From positions 1,054,001 to 1,118,000 of the forward strand of contig NW_026515669.1 in NCBI RefSeq assembly GCF_025526975.1: 64,000 bases of DNA. Reading direction: 5' to 3'. The notes under the pieces were generated by a model, which did no database searches, had not been told where the DNA came from, and saw nothing but the letters and a program-made list of their open reading frames with translations. The translations under genes and the position numbers were made by a program. Positions 1 to 13,300 of this stretch are shown here, in pieces. The stretch's first letter is position 1; each line of letters opens with the position of its first letter. The stretch comes from Fimicolochytrium jonesii. Lineage: Eukaryota.

Positions 1-844
1 CGGAAGAGAACGAAGATCCCGCCACTGCTGCGAAAAGGAGAGCGGCCGAAGCGAAGTATAGGCGCCGACGGGAATTCTGGATGCGTTTGCGGTTCGAAAC
101 TCTGGATACCATATATCGAAGTGAGTTTTCTGCACTGGTCGTCATTTGTCAGCTGTTCACCTCGTCCTAATCTTTGGTTTTGCCCTGCTAGTCACACATG
201 CAATACAGTCCCTCGGCTACGTGGCCGTTCTCATAGGAGGGCTTGGTGTACTCGGCGGATCCTTTTACTATCTATCTTTGGATATCGTAGACCAGACTGA
301 AGCATGGTCCATCTACGAAGCCACGGCAGCTCTTATTGCTGACGATGCACGCGTGCGGGCGCTGGTGGGGGATGACGCAGAGGTGATGGCGGACCCCACG
401 GCTGGGAAAGGTCGACGACGATTGGGGTCGGATTCACTGAGCCATAATGTGATACAAGATGCGGATGGGAAGCTGACGCTTTGTATGCGGTTTTATGTTG
501 TGGGGGCAAGAGGGACTGCTTCGGTTCATGTCGAGCTTGTACCGGTATGGGGCATTTACTTCGGTTCGGAAGTTGTCACGTCTGCGCTTTTGCTAAGAAT
601 CCTGACTCCCACCACACAGACAACCGGCGACACAGCAGACGTCTCGGCTGCATCTCCTGCTTTGAACTCTGGCAGCCGAAAATGGAGGCATCAACTGATC
701 CAAGTCATTCCGGCATATAAGAAAGGACGGACGGTCACTATCGTTGACACTCGGCCAGTTCATGTAATACAGCCCGAGGAGGTGAAGAAGACTGGACTAT
801 TCGGATTCGCGGCGCGAGCCGCTGGTAGTCGGCGATCTGCATAG
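1..844 (+). CDS. TIM21: Mitochondrial inner-membrane translocase subunit Tim21-like protein (5' end outside the window)
   Basis: Introns 121-191 and 545-619. The spliced product has a TM segment (LGYVAVLIGGLGVLGGSFYYL), then IYEATAALIADDARVRALVG...GKGRRR...DGKLTLCMRFYVVGARGTASVHVE, matching the Tim21 family pattern. Stop at 842-844. Confidence 0.8.
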
Positions 845-1559
845 GCACGAATCATTGCGAGAAAGCGTGACTAGGCGTAGCGACGCAGGCGTAGGATCTC
901 GTAGGCATCCAGAGGCGCTCTGATGCTGACAAAGGCCGAGCTAGTAACGGCAATCCACCCACCCCTCAAAAACTGAATGTCCGGTATCTTGTAGAATAGC
1001 ATAGCATACTGTAGCACTTCCCGGCGCATACATAACCAACTTCTTGAACTCGAAGTGTCAACATCATCGCTATAATACATGGGCATAAGGCCAAGGGGAG
1101 CTGGGAAGTCAAAGGCCGCGGAAGCTTCTTGTTGTTCGCCGGTGTGTGAAAGTGTACTGTCTGTGTTCGCGCGTCCTCGGTAATTGGCATAATGAACGGC
1201 CACTCACGTCCGCCGGGGCCCCCTTGAACTTGCGCCGGAATTCCTGGAACCCCACGGCTTCCACAGCCATTCTACGGTACCCGACTGATCAGCATAGGCC
1301 TGAGTTCGCCTTCTGAAGTGTCGTAACCAGCCGCTCTCTGAATTCGAAGCCAAGCTCTCAGAAGTGTTTCCAGCCACCACTAGGCATTTCACACCCGCTG
1401 CCAAAACTACAGCGCGGGCTCCTGTAGAGAGCTACTCGACGAAACTTACCGGCCACCGTTCGCTTGAGACAGGACATCAGGATCAGAAGACAAGGGGTGA
1501 CGATAGAGACAGCTGGCCGGCCTTGGGGTCCCCCGTGTGAGCGAGCTTCAGTGACAAGC

Positions 1560-4500
1560 ATGTCGCATAACTATCCAGGTCAAGAGGAGTTGCGCTACCC
1601 TCTGTCATACGGCAACCCGCAGCAACAGCAGCAGAGCAACCCTTCGGCGTATCAATACCATCCAGCTGAGAATAGATATGGGAATCCGGTGCACACAGCG
1701 GAGCAGCAGTATGACGTGGACTTCAACGGAGATGTGGACTTGGATATGATTCTCGGTCTGTTGAACGAGAACTCACCCACCACAGTACGACGCGCCGGAC
1801 AGGCTGCCGCCGCCGCTGCCGCCGACGGAACGCTTTCCAATCCGAATGTATCGCCAGATGCTGCTAGCGGTGTGCCGTCTGGGCAATTCTACAGTTCGGC
1901 ATATCCCGGTTCAGCTGGCGGACACTCGTCGACCAACGTAGTCGGATCCCTGTTGAGAGAGGCTGGATACCGTGATCCTGGGGACCCGTCCGTAGATTCT
2001 ATTCGCAAAGCGGTGCTGATGGGAACGTTGCCTTCGGACGATGCCGGCCCAGGAACGAGTCAGCAATGGATGGAAAACAATCGAGATAGTGGCTTTTATG
2101 GCGCCGACTTTGGACCGACGCCTGCCAGTCTTGGGTTTGATACCCAAGATCCTCCCGCTGGCCCACATATGAGGCAACAACCACCAGCGGTACGCGAGAG
2201 ATCGAATGCCCCGCTGAACCAGCATCAGCACGACCCATCTGGGAATCCTCGGAACGGGCTCCCCCCATTATCCATGCGGAATACGCAGGTTAGTAAGACC
2301 TTTCGTTTATCCAGATGGCCGAGCACCACTAAAGTCACTTTTTCAGATGGGAGGTCTTCCGACACCGGCCTATTCCGCTGATACCTACGGACCGCCATTA
2401 CATATGCAACAGAGGGAACCGGAACATGTACCCTACTCATCGACGATGGGGTATGGATATCCGCCGAACTACTCTCGCCCGATCGCTAAGCCGAATACCC
2501 GCAGAAAGGCGTGTGGTAAGCTATCGTGGACGCGGTGTTTGTTATTCCGAGCAAACCACCGCAGTCAGGTCAATGACCATCTTCATGTATCACCGGACTG
2601 ACAGAGCCATGCCGACGAAAGAAGCTCCGATGTGACGGCAACAGACCCGAATGCTCCACTTGTGCCGCATCAACACAAGGTCGCACGTGCGTCTACGCCT
2701 CCGTGGTGCCAACAAAAGGAGATCCGTTCGCAGACGCTCAGGATTCGGAGGAAATCATGCTGAAGAGGCGTCTTGCAGACATGCAAGGGTTGGCGGAGAG
2801 GGTGGAAGCGTTAGAAGCATCGTTGGCTGCTGCACGCAACAAGAACCATCAATCCGGGAATGAGGACTGCATGTCTGGATCGGTGTCGCCGAATTCGTTG
2901 ACCTCAAATAGTACGCGCATGGGTGTGTATGACTCGGTTGAAACATCGAACGAGCCAACGTTTCTGAATAAGTCATCATTTACCAGTCAATAACGGAGCG
3001 GACGGTGCCACACCGCTCCAAATACAATCCATGTCGGAGGAGGAAGCTTATCAAAGTCCAAGCATCGTTCTGGTGGAGGATCGTGAGGCGAAAGCATGGC
3101 TGGGACAGTTCATCCATCAATTCGATCAGCTCTGTGTGGACCCGCAAACGGAGGAGCAGCTAGAAAGCGTGTCGAGTCTGGCGCCTAGGCCCCAGCTCGA
3201 TATGCTGCCGGATCCGCAGGAACTGTATATCAACAATGATTTGCTGGATTTGTACTTCCGGTGAGTGTAGGGCTTCGCTGTGTGTAAAGCTACGGTGGTA
3301 CGATGGCTAATGCGAACCTCCTCGTTGATGTATGGACTCTCTAGCTATTCATCATGCATGATCCCATACCCAGTCATTCACCCGGGAACCCTCCGTAAAA
3401 ACATGGCCAACACCCCTCCAATGCTCCTCTACGCCATCTACGCCAATACTTGCCCCTACTCCACCGACACCAAAACCCGCAACACCGTCAACGCCTTCTA
3501 CCGCCGCGCACGCAGCCTCATCCTCGCCAATCTCGAAAACCCATCCATTGTCGTGCTGCAGTGCCTGCATCTGCTGAGCACCGCGTCGATTATCAAAGGG
3601 TCGTTGGATACGGCCTGGACGCTGATGAGCATGGCGTGTCGGATGGCGCATTACTTGCATTTGGATCAGGATCCTGAGGAACTGGGGTATACGGATTGGG
3701 TCGAGATTGAGACCAGGAGGAGGCTTTGGTGGGCTATCTATGTTATGGATGCGTAAGTTGGGGGTAGGGGTATGGCGGTTGATGATGGCGCAAGTTACTG
3801 ACAAGACGTTGTTTGTTCGGGCTGCAGAATCAGGAGCTCAGCGCAGATGCGATCAAGTTACTTCCAGCGTAGAAAAGCGTACACTGTCAAATCGCCTTGC
3901 TCCGAAGGGCGGTGGGAGTTTTCGGACAGTGCAGGAAACCTGCCCATTCACTTACAGGGCATCAAGGACCATAACTACATTGCGTCGTGGACGAGCTTTG
4001 CGCCAATATATGCAAAGGTATGTGACGTGTGAGACACGGCAACAGGTTTGTGCGAATCTTGCTGACAGGCTGACATGTTTCCACAGGCGGTAACATACAA
4101 CTATTCCGCGCTAGCCACCGGCGTCGATCTCACCGTCTACGACGACCGCGCCATGTCCCTCATCGGCGAGATCGAACACTGGTACCGCCGATGTCCACCC
4201 ACCGTCCAGTCCGTCCCGTTCGCCAACTCGTTCACCACGAACCCTCTCTCCTCCACCTCCGCAATACCCTACCACGCCGTCAACATCTACTTTTCCAAAA
4301 TCGCCACCATATGCGCCATCCAACGCCCGCGCCTCATCGCCGCCCTCACCAACAACTTCAAAGACCCACAGGCGGCCGATACCATCGAGACCGCGAAACG
4401 GGCCGCGGAAGCCGTTGCGCATCTCGCAGGCCGCTTACTTGACGCCCCCAACCCCTCCGAACGCGACGAAGGCATCACCTGCCACGCGCAACACGTCTCC

Positions 4501-4995
4501 ATCATCCCCTCCATGGGCATCCTCGAAGCCGGGTTCATCCTGATCATGATGTCCGCCTACGAAGCGTCCAAACGCAACCGGGTGGAGTTCGAAACAGCGC
4601 AAAAAGGGTTGAGTGATATCGTCCGCATGTTGAGAGCGTTTGGGAGACCGTATTCGCCGCAGTTGGCAATGGCGCATGTCCTGGCGAAGGTGAATGAGCG
4701 GATATTGGCGCAGTTGAAGGGGAAGAAACGGTTGAACGAGAATGAGGGTGCGGGGACCGGTGCGAGGCCAACGTTTGTGATTGCGGACGCGAGTGCGCAG
4801 AGGCAGCAGAAAATTGGATTGGGTGCGGAGATGGAACGTGGGTTGCCGGTGCCGGTGATGAATGGGAGGAAGAATGTTGCGGCTGGCGGGTGGGAGGGGG
4901 CGTCGGTGGGGAGTCACCATCAGCAGGGATTGAGAGGGCCGACGTATCCCCCGCAGGTGGATGCCCGCCAGTATGGGCTTCATCAGTATCACTGA
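1560..4995 (+). CDS. Zn(II)2Cys6 binuclear-cluster transcription factor with fungal-specific TF (middle homology) domain, multi-exon
   Basis: Splicing across the intron starting at 2516 gives ACEPCRRKKLRCDGNRPECSTCAASTQGRTCVY. Later exons encode LLDLYF...YPVIH...PPMLLYAIYA...AWTLMSMACRMAHYLHL...ETRRRLWWAIYVMD. Canonical introns at 2290-2346, 2912-2986 and others. Confidence 0.92.
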
Positions 4996-5303
4996 TGATG
5001 CAGGAGAGGTGACAGACCTGTGGGAAATGTGTGGGGACTCCCGTTGGATGGGGATACTTATGGTACGGCATTGTAATTTTTTACTTGAAAATCTTTTTTG
5101 GGTTTGGCGAAGGGACTAGGTTTGCTGGTGTACATCTTCACTCCCGGTTTGGGCGTGCGATTATAATATGTAAATATCAAAATCTTGTATCTTTTCGTGT
5201 GAAATCTCTCATGCCTGCCAATAGATTTTCCTTGTTGATATTTACAGATACAGCATTACGACCCCTGCTACCCAGTACCGAAGCTAGGACTATGTTTCAC
5301 GGA

Positions 5304-6550
5304 TCATGCTTGAACAACGATCCTCGGCGCCTCCACCACCACATCCTCCTCGTCCTTCCCCCACTTATCGTCCTTCAGGTACTTCGGCACAACCGTATTC
5401 CGCAAATACTCGATGTCGATTTGCATCTGCAGACAAAGCAAAATAAATCAATCTCCCATTGATGTCGACGGACAGATTAGCAACTCACATGTGCCCCAGT
5501 GATCTTATCAAACACCAATTGACCCTTCTTGTCCATCTCCTGCAGGCCGAGCCAGTCTTGCTTGTAGAGCGGCTGGTCGTGCAGCGGGATGAGGGAGCCG
5601 GTGGCGTTCCAGTAGGCGAACCACTATGGAAGGAGAGGGTGATGTGAGTGGCATCTCAGCGTGGTGTGTGCATGTCGTCCATCGACCATCCAAAACACGC
5701 CATCCTGCTCGCTCCGCTCGCGTTGACCCTCCACTGGCACCCTTACCGAAGTCTCCTTTGGCACAACCGTCTGATCCGACTCAAACATAATCAACACCAG
5801 CTTATTCAAGCTCATCAAATTCTTCTTATACCCTTCATTCTTAACCCCTTTCTCATTATTCAAATCCGGCAAGAAGATGTTCTTTTCCAAATACGCCTCC
5901 TCATTCTTCATATCCTTATAATACTGCGCCTGCACGACCCGACGCTGCACCCAGTGCAGGTAAGCGCCTTTCAGCAGCAAGGCGCGGGCGAGTGTGCATG
6001 TGGCGTCGTGCTCGTCTTTACAGCCCGGCCATTCGCTGACGCCGGCGTGCTGGGACCCGAATGTGAGGAGGTTGTGCACCGCGGGGTCGTTGCAGCGTTC
6101 TACATATGAGCGAAAGAACTGACCGCCTTGGGAGAAGCCGATGGCGTTGAAGCCGGCGCGGAGGTTGGGGTCTGCCCGGAGCTCTTCGCATACGCGTTCG
6201 ACGTGGTCTTTCACTACGCCGAAAAAGCCAGCTCGGCGGTCTTCTTCCTCGTTGTCGCCGATCATTATTGAGCGGACGTAGACGCCGGGTAGCTCTTCTT
6301 CTAGGAAGGCTTTGACGGCGCCCATAGACTCGGGGTTACAGCAGCTGTCGCCCATTCCGTGCCAGAGGACTATGGGGCGGTGAGGTGCCGGTGGTGCTAA
6401 AGGACGGGACAATAGGAGGCAATTACTTGTTTAGCAAGTGCGCAAAGTGGGTGTGACTTATAAACCGATACACTTACCAGCAAGGACGACGGAGCATAGC
6501 AGTGTGATGGCGCACACAACGAAGAGAGTGGGTGATCTCGACGAGACCAT
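5304..6550 (-). CDS. PPT1: Palmitoyl-protein thioesterase 1 (secreted/vacuolar)
   Basis: Signal-peptide exon MVSSRSPTLFVVCAITLLCSVVLA. Motifs PIVLWHGMGDSCCNPESMG, NAIGFSQGGQF (nucleophile Ser), DQTVVPKETSWF, LYKQDWLGL and GAHMQI. Four exons. Confidence 0.95.
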
Positions 6551-7076
6551 CTTGAGTGGTGAAACAAAGTGCAGCGCAATGCACCTGTGGGAAAGGCTAG
6601 GGACTGCGAGCAGACTGCGACAAGCGAGCGAGACAGAGGCAGGTACGTTTTGAGTATGTGCGGAAGCCCTCGCTGTTCTGCGATGAAGGTGAAGGGGGGG
6701 GAATTGGGTGAAGGCCTCGATGACTGTGACGGGACGACGCGGAATTCGACAGCGCGCGGTACCCGGTCAATCCCCTGCTGGGTCCTGCTGGTTGGCGTGT
6801 TGCTCTCCTGCTCCTCAGGAACCACATTACGAACCCCTCTCCTGTTCTATTATTGTACGCCATTACAAAAAGTGCCTTCTCCGTGGAATTCCAACGGTCG
6901 GCGATCATGGGCTTTTGCCGGCAGTAACCATAAACCGGTCCGCCGTCTAGGGCTTCAGTACCTCCATCATAGTTTTGAAATTCTTGAACGAATGCCGCTG
7001 GAATTGCAATTTGGGGTGGTGCAGCGCCTTGTGTAGCAAATTAAGCCAGGACAGGGTAGCTTGCACCTTGTCAATT

Positions 7077-7900
7077 TTATAGCTGACTCCCGATTGCCGA
7101 TAAGCGGCATCGGGATCTCGAGAGTTGATTACGGAGCAGGTGAAGCACTCTATGGGTAGTGTGGGAGTCAGCGATTGGGGTAGTGGACATTACTGTACTG
7201 GCGTGAAAAACGTACCGAATCCTTGTATGCGAGCGTCGTACGCCCTTTTGCGTTCTGCTCCCTGTCGGGATCGTCCCTATATGCTCACCTGACTCGTGCT
7301 GCGAAGGGACCCCTAGGTAGATTAAACCATTTCGTTGCCCTAGGCCATATGAGAGTCCTCTATTTGATCGCCCGCCCAATGCGGACCATCCCTTGAAGTT
7401 GGCCCAGTGCGGGTCTGTGTCACACGATAGCTGGCTTTTGTATTCATCGCCGTCGGTCTCAAGCCTTCCATACTGAAGCTTGCCCATCAGCAGGGTGACA
7501 GGCGTAAAGCTGAACAGCTCTGTCGTGATGTCAAAGCTGATAGGCGCAAAGTAGTGACCGATTCCATGCTTCGCTTGTAAACAAAGGAGGGGAGATGCCT
7601 CTCTGTAGATGTGGTCAAATCCTTCATACTTGTAAGGGAGCGTACGGATGAGGTGGGTATCGACGACGACGGATGGAAATAGCCGGTCGCACACGGCCTT
7701 TAAATTTATGGAGCGAGAGATAGGTCGTAGCCTGAGTGGGGTTAGATGACAACCAGCTTCAAGAAGTTTGAGACAATAGCAATATGCTGCACGCACACAC
7801 ACCCACCTCCAAACCGAGTTCCAGTCGAGCACGCGAGCCTCAAAGACGAGGTCGAGGGTGATGTGAATGGGTAAGGGGTAAGCGACCCTGGTGCTGGTTT
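7077..7900 (-). pseudogene. Possible F-box-like gene or pseudogene (no in-frame ATG found)
   Basis: Clean 75-nt intron 7732-7806 (GTGGGT donor, CTAAC branch, CTCAG acceptor). The spliced frame YPLPIHITLDLVFEARVLDWNSVWRLRPISRSINLKAVCDRL loosely resembles an F-box, and the frame stays open to 7077. Confidence 0.35.
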
Positions 7901-8163
7901 CTCTCTCTATATATATGTACGCCCCCTGTCCTCGAGCATGTGCATGTAACTATGTCGCTCTTCACGATCCTGTCTTGGTGCTTTTCTCAAGAACGAGAAC
8001 CCTTTCTGGGGGCAAGATGCGAGAGCTCCGACTGACAGGCTTCGCGACGCGTTCTCCGTGGCTTGCTATTTGATGTGGGGTTTGGACGTTGACGAAGTCC
8101 AGGGAACGGATTTATAGGACTCTTCAGCTCACTCCTAACCAGACAATCCATGAGGCAGCGGGC

Positions 8164-10146
8164 ATGGCCTCAAATCCGAGGAGGTCCCCCCGGCGAGAGC
8201 GGAAACTAGAAACGGGCCCCGCCTTCCGTTCAAGGAGGACGACGACCGTAGACGCCTCCTCCGAAGATCACCACCTCGGCAATCCGGAGGAGGATATTGC
8301 AAAGTCACATCAGGATAAGCCTGGAGGTCTCCGAGTAAACGGAGAACTGGCTCTATGCGCACAGAACATGCGTGCTCTGGGGCTGACGCGCGTGGTCGAG
8401 CGATTCGCGGACGAGGTTGCGAGATACCTGGAACTGCCTGACGAGTTGAAACCGCTGGTACTGGACTTTGGACGAGTTACCGAACCTCCGTCAAAAGACG
8501 CAGTCGAACGGACAAGTGCTCTCCGTGCTGTATATCAGTGCTTGCGGTCATATGAGGCGTTCAACACCATCGATATCATATCGAAGACGTTCGAGACCCT
8601 AGACCAGCTCGGAGACCGGCTGAAGGAAACGAAAGAGACTTGGCAGTCGTTGCGGGACACGGATTGGCGGACATTCGTGCCGGAGGACCTCGACAGTTCT
8701 TGTATCCTCCATTCATCATCACACGAGACAACCGCACGGAGGATTCAATGGGCCAGCGCTGGACGCTTGGGATGGTGGGACGACGAAGACGGGAATCCGA
8801 ACTCTTTGCATGACGATCTGGAAGATGTGGTATACATGCCGCGCTCGATTCGGGCATTCCGACATAAGCATACGGGACAATATATTCGCATCTTCTGCGT
8901 GGCGGACGGACATGGTGGGCGGTGTGCGGCGGCATGGTTTGCAGAACGGGTCCCTGGTGTGGTGATGGGCGTGTGTGATTCGCGGACTTGCTGGGATTTA
9001 TCGCAACCGGCAGATGAGCAATATCTGCGGGAACAGCTCACAAACGCAATCATGGGCCTAGACGACGCCTTTTGCGAGATTCGGAAACAGGAATACATGC
9101 ATGCACAAACACTCGTCAACCGCGGAAACGGAACCGACTTGCAGATTTCTGATGACGGATGCACGCTCAGCGTCCTCATCCTCTTCGCAGACAGCCATCT
9201 CGTAACCGCCCACGTTGGCGACTCGCGTATCGTCATCGCCAAAGAATCAACCAGTGACGACGCACCATGCACCCTCATCCACACGACAATGGACCACAGC
9301 GTCTCCCATCCCATCCGAGCCCAGTACATCGCGCAACAAGGCGGCGTATTCCGGATCAGCAAACGACACCCGGAAGTCAAACTACCCGCTTCATCCCTCG
9401 TTCCCGCAAATCAGCCACCATCATCAGTCCCCCTATCCCACATCGACGCCCTCGCCACCGCCCGCGTCTTCCGCCCCCAATCCTTCATCAACCCTTACGG
9501 CTTCCCCATCAAACACATGGGCATGGGAGACGCGATGGGCGACGTTGTCATGAAAGTCGAGCCGAGGCTGTTCATGGGTCGGGCGGATGTGGATGTCGTA
9601 CGACTTGACCCGGGATGCGGATATGTGGTTGTGATGGCGACGGATGGGCTGTGGGCGGTGTTGGGGGATGCGGCTGGGGCGAAAGCCGCTTCTGTCGATG
9701 TAAGGACGGAGGCGCAGACGAGGCGCGTGGTTGAGGAGTGGCCACGGTTTGCGGAGGGTCGCGAAGCAGCTTCAGCGATGCGAGCGCTCAAGGATGACCA
9801 GATGGGTGCTGTGGGTTGCAAAGACGCCGTTGCGGTGAAGTCCTTTGCTCAGGCCCTTTGTGATCGGCACCAAGGACCGTTGAAAGCCCTGTTTATCGAC
9901 GAGGACTCGAAAAACTCCTCCACACGGAAACTGTGGGACGATATCGCGGTCGTGGTCATTTCCATCGAACCTGCTGAAGCCGCCTCCCAGTCTCAACCCA
10001 CTACATCCACCGAAAGTACCAATGCACTGCCCTCCCAACCGGGAGGAGACACGGTTACAGTCGTTATCCCTCAACGCGCTGCCTCGAGCGCCAACGCTCG
10101 ACCTGAGTCGAGTGTTGCAGACCGTATCATGGCGAGACGGCGATAG
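8164..10146 (+). CDS. PP2C/PPM-family protein phosphatase-like protein, intronless, with N-terminal extension
   Basis: PPM motifs IFCVADGHGG, DDGCT, AHVGDSR, TMDH, GDAMGD, VMATDGLW and DDIAVVVI in one uninterrupted ORF. First ATG at 8164. Confidence 0.88.
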   Translation: MASNPRRSPRRERKLETGPAFRSRRTTTVDASSEDHHLGNPEEDIAKSHQDKPGGLRVNGELALCAQNMRALGLTRVVERFADEVARYLELPDELKPLVLDFGRVTEPPSKDAVERTSALRAVYQCLRSYEAFNTIDIISKTFETLDQLGDRLKETKETWQSLRDTDWRTFVPEDLDSSCILHSSSHETTARRIQWASAGRLGWWDDEDGNPNSLHDDLEDVVYMPRSIRAFRHKHTGQYIRIFCVADGHGGRCAAAWFAERVPGVVMGVCDSRTCWDLSQPADEQYLREQLTNAIMGLDDAFCEIRKQEYMHAQTLVNRGNGTDLQISDDGCTLSVLILFADSHLVTAHVGDSRIVIAKESTSDDAPCTLIHTTMDHSVSHPIRAQYIAQQGGVFRISKRHPEVKLPASSLVPANQPPSSVPLSHIDALATARVFRPQSFINPYGFPIKHMGMGDAMGDVVMKVEPRLFMGRADVDVVRLDPGCGYVVVMATDGLWAVLGDAAGAKAASVDVRTEAQTRRVVEEWPRFAEGREAASAMRALKDDQMGAVGCKDAVAVKSFAQALCDRHQGPLKALFIDEDSKNSSTRKLWDDIAVVVISIEPAEAASQSQPTTSTESTNALPSQPGGDTVTVVIPQRAASSANARPESSVADRIMARRR

Positions 10147-10346
10147 GGAGCAGATTGGAGATTTGTAAATCGTATAGATCTTTTTGGACCTATTTTCTCA
10201 TAGCAGATGTGTATTGGTGTGGATGTTACATATGTATGTACAGTGAGGGAATCCTTTCAAACCCGTGTCTCACTCGACACGTTCCCAATACAAACAAACG
10301 CCCAACCGCACGGCATTCCCAAAAAGTTCATTCCCTCACCTCCCCG

Positions 10347-13300
10347 CTATCTAAAACTCCCTTGCCTCGAGAACAACCCCGCCAACCCCATCCCCTTCTC
10401 CTCCGTCCCTCCCTTCTTCCGTTTCGCTTTCCGATCCCCCGCATCACTCTCACTCGCTCTTTTCGCAATCGGCGGCTTGCCCCCACCATCACCATCACCA
10501 CCTGCACCATCAACGGGTGCTGTAGGGCCGCCGCCTATACGGAACCCGGTATTTCCTCTCCGTGTGCCGTCTGAGCGGATGTGGGTGGGGTTGCCGAAGC
10601 CGGAGATTGCGGAGTGGGAGCGGTTGAAGGGTGTGGGTTTGGCTTTCGAGGTTGTGGATGTGGTGTTTGATTTGGCGGTGCTGGTGGAGTCGGTGGAGAG
10701 GAAGGCGCGTTTGCGGAAGATGCGGGCTGAGTCGAGTGTTCGTGTGATCTACGAAAAGAGACGTACGGATGCTTGAGCAGGAATATCACCCTCCTGCCAC
10801 ACTCTATCATGTCGTTTCATTTCCTATCAACACGTACCTTGCCAAACTGTTCACTCCTCCCACCAACCAACCCGCCGACTCGCGCCCTCTTCCGCTCCAT
10901 CATCAGCATCAGCACATCAACGCCTTGCCGATCTACCTCCATCGCCCCATCGCTTGCAGCATCATCTGAATGCATGGTTGTATCGGCTGTAGCCACCGCC
11001 CGCGGGCCCGCACGCTTATCTCCAGTCGTCTGCTCAGCATGGCCATCGCCCTCAGAATCGCTGTCAGGCACAACTACAGCGCGTCGAAGTCGCGGTCGCC
11101 GAATAGCGCCTTCCTCAGGCGATGGGGGGACATCGCCATCCTCCTCCTCGACGCCGTCGTCGTCAATCATAGAAGAGCGCTGGGACGTGTCGTTTGATTT
11201 GGTGCTTTTGTAAAGTGGCCATGACGCGAAGCGAGGTAGTGATCTCTGCTTCGGCTGTGCACCGGGTAAAGTAGATATCAGCATTCACACACGCAAAGCA
11301 TTCACACGCGCGACGGACAGCGAAGAAACTCACCTCAGAAGCATTGCCCACCTCCGCATCGCCTTCCTCCGCCCTACTCCCCCTCCGCCTCCCAAACCTG
11401 ACCCCAAGCTTCTTCTCCGCCACCTCCTCATCACTACTCAAAAATCCTTCCTTAACGGCACACCCATTATCAAAGCATTTCGCAAACGCCGACGTCGCCG
11501 GGTTAGCCGCCAATGCGCTCAGATCCCCCTTCTCTTCCTCCCCCTCCTCTCCATCACCACCATTGAACGCATGCCGTCCCCGAATTTTGGCCAAAAGCGC
11601 TTCATCATCCTCATCGCTATCATCATCCAGAAACCCTTCCCCACCCTGTCGTCTCCGTCTCGCCTTCCGTTTGCGGAGGTTTCCCGTCGTTACATCATTC
11701 AACAGCTCCGTGATCCCCTTCTCATGTTCGCTCTGCGCTTGCTGGCGGTGAAGTTCTAGAACGTCTTCGAAGCCTTCAACGTCCGATTCGTCGCTGACGA
11801 CTAGGCCGTCGAGATCGGCGTCGAGGGTAAGGTGGTCGTCTGGGTCGTCGGCGCCGCCGAGGCCGAAGAAGGCGTCTTCTTCTTCCTGGGCTTCTGAGTC
11901 GATGAAGGCGTTGCCGGGACGGGGACGTTCGGCGGCCCAGGCTGCGAGGTGGCGGGAGGGTTGCGGGCGTTGGTCTTTTTGTGGTGCGCTTTCGTCGTTT
12001 TGGGACCCGTTGGGTGCTGATGACTGCGTGTTTCCTGCACCATCCTGATCATCATCCGATTCCGAGGAGGTATCATCGTCATCCTCGTCATCAACAACCT
12101 GCGGCGGCACAATCGTAACAACAGGCGGCCGTACAACCGAGGAGTGCCTATCACCCTTGCCGCGCTCTCCCGCATCATCGCTAGCCCCAGTCTCCTCATC
12201 ATCAGAATCATCCCTCAACAACTCGGCAAAAGAGTCGTCCATATCCTCCATTCCCGTCTTCAATGCCTCAACCAAACCTCCCGCGCCCACAGCCGCCGGC
12301 TCATGCACCATCTCCACATCCTGATCTACTTCCAACGCCGCATCCATGTCAGGGTCGCCAAACCCGCCAGAGAGCATATCTAACAACTGTGTGTTTGACT
12401 GTTCGTCCCCGTCCTCGTTGATGCCCGCGATAGAGCGTAGCGGGCCGATCTGTGCAAGTGAGCTAGGCGGCATGTCTGCCGACTCCTCCATAGGCATATG
12501 ACGTGCGTCGTGAGTGACTGGTTGTGGTACAGCAGATGCGGACGCCGCCGCCTGCGACACACCACCCTCGCTTCCGCCAGTGTTGAAGTACGCCGCAATA
12601 CCCTTGGGCTTGCTTCCCGTTTTGCTCTGCATCCTCCCGACACGTTTATTCTCTGGGACCACAAACGCCATCTTTGGCGGCGATGCCGTGTTTATAACTT
12701 GTAGAGGTTGCGTTTGCGACTCGGACTGTGTTTGCGTGTCATCGATTGAGAACAAGCTAAGAAGTGCGGATAGGTTAGCCACTGCTGCCTAGAAAATCAG
12801 CAGCTCCGTCTACCAGCATTGCCAAACGTACTCTGGCGGATCCATGTCTAACGAATAGCTGTACTGTAGGCTGATAGGGGCGGGTAAACGGACCGATTGC
12901 GTGTATTCGCTTGGTGGTTTTGGTTCTAATGTGATGTCCTGCAAGCGGTATCGACTAAGATAAGATAATGGGTCGGAAAACATGCCATAGGTTGAGATTT
13001 ACCTCATTGTCATCGAATCCATCATTGTCCTATGAAACAAAATGCTATGTGAGCGACCCTAAGCCTAGACGTGCATCTACCTCACTCGAGTCTCCTTACT
13101 TACCTCATCATCCTCGTCCTCCCCAACCCTCACGCGTTCACTCGGCATCTTCCGTCGCTCACGATCCCGATCCAGCGCATCATCATCATCACTATCATCC
13201 TGCTCCGGCTTACTGAACAGTACCGCAAACGGCGTCCGGTCCAAATCCGAGAATAACCTCCGCACAAGCGGCCGCCCATGTTCCCCGTTCTCGTTTTTCC

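Noticed and set aside
871..1404. Two consecutive minus-strand ORFs in one frame
   Set aside because: No ATG start, no recognisable motifs, and they lie in the TF promoter region.
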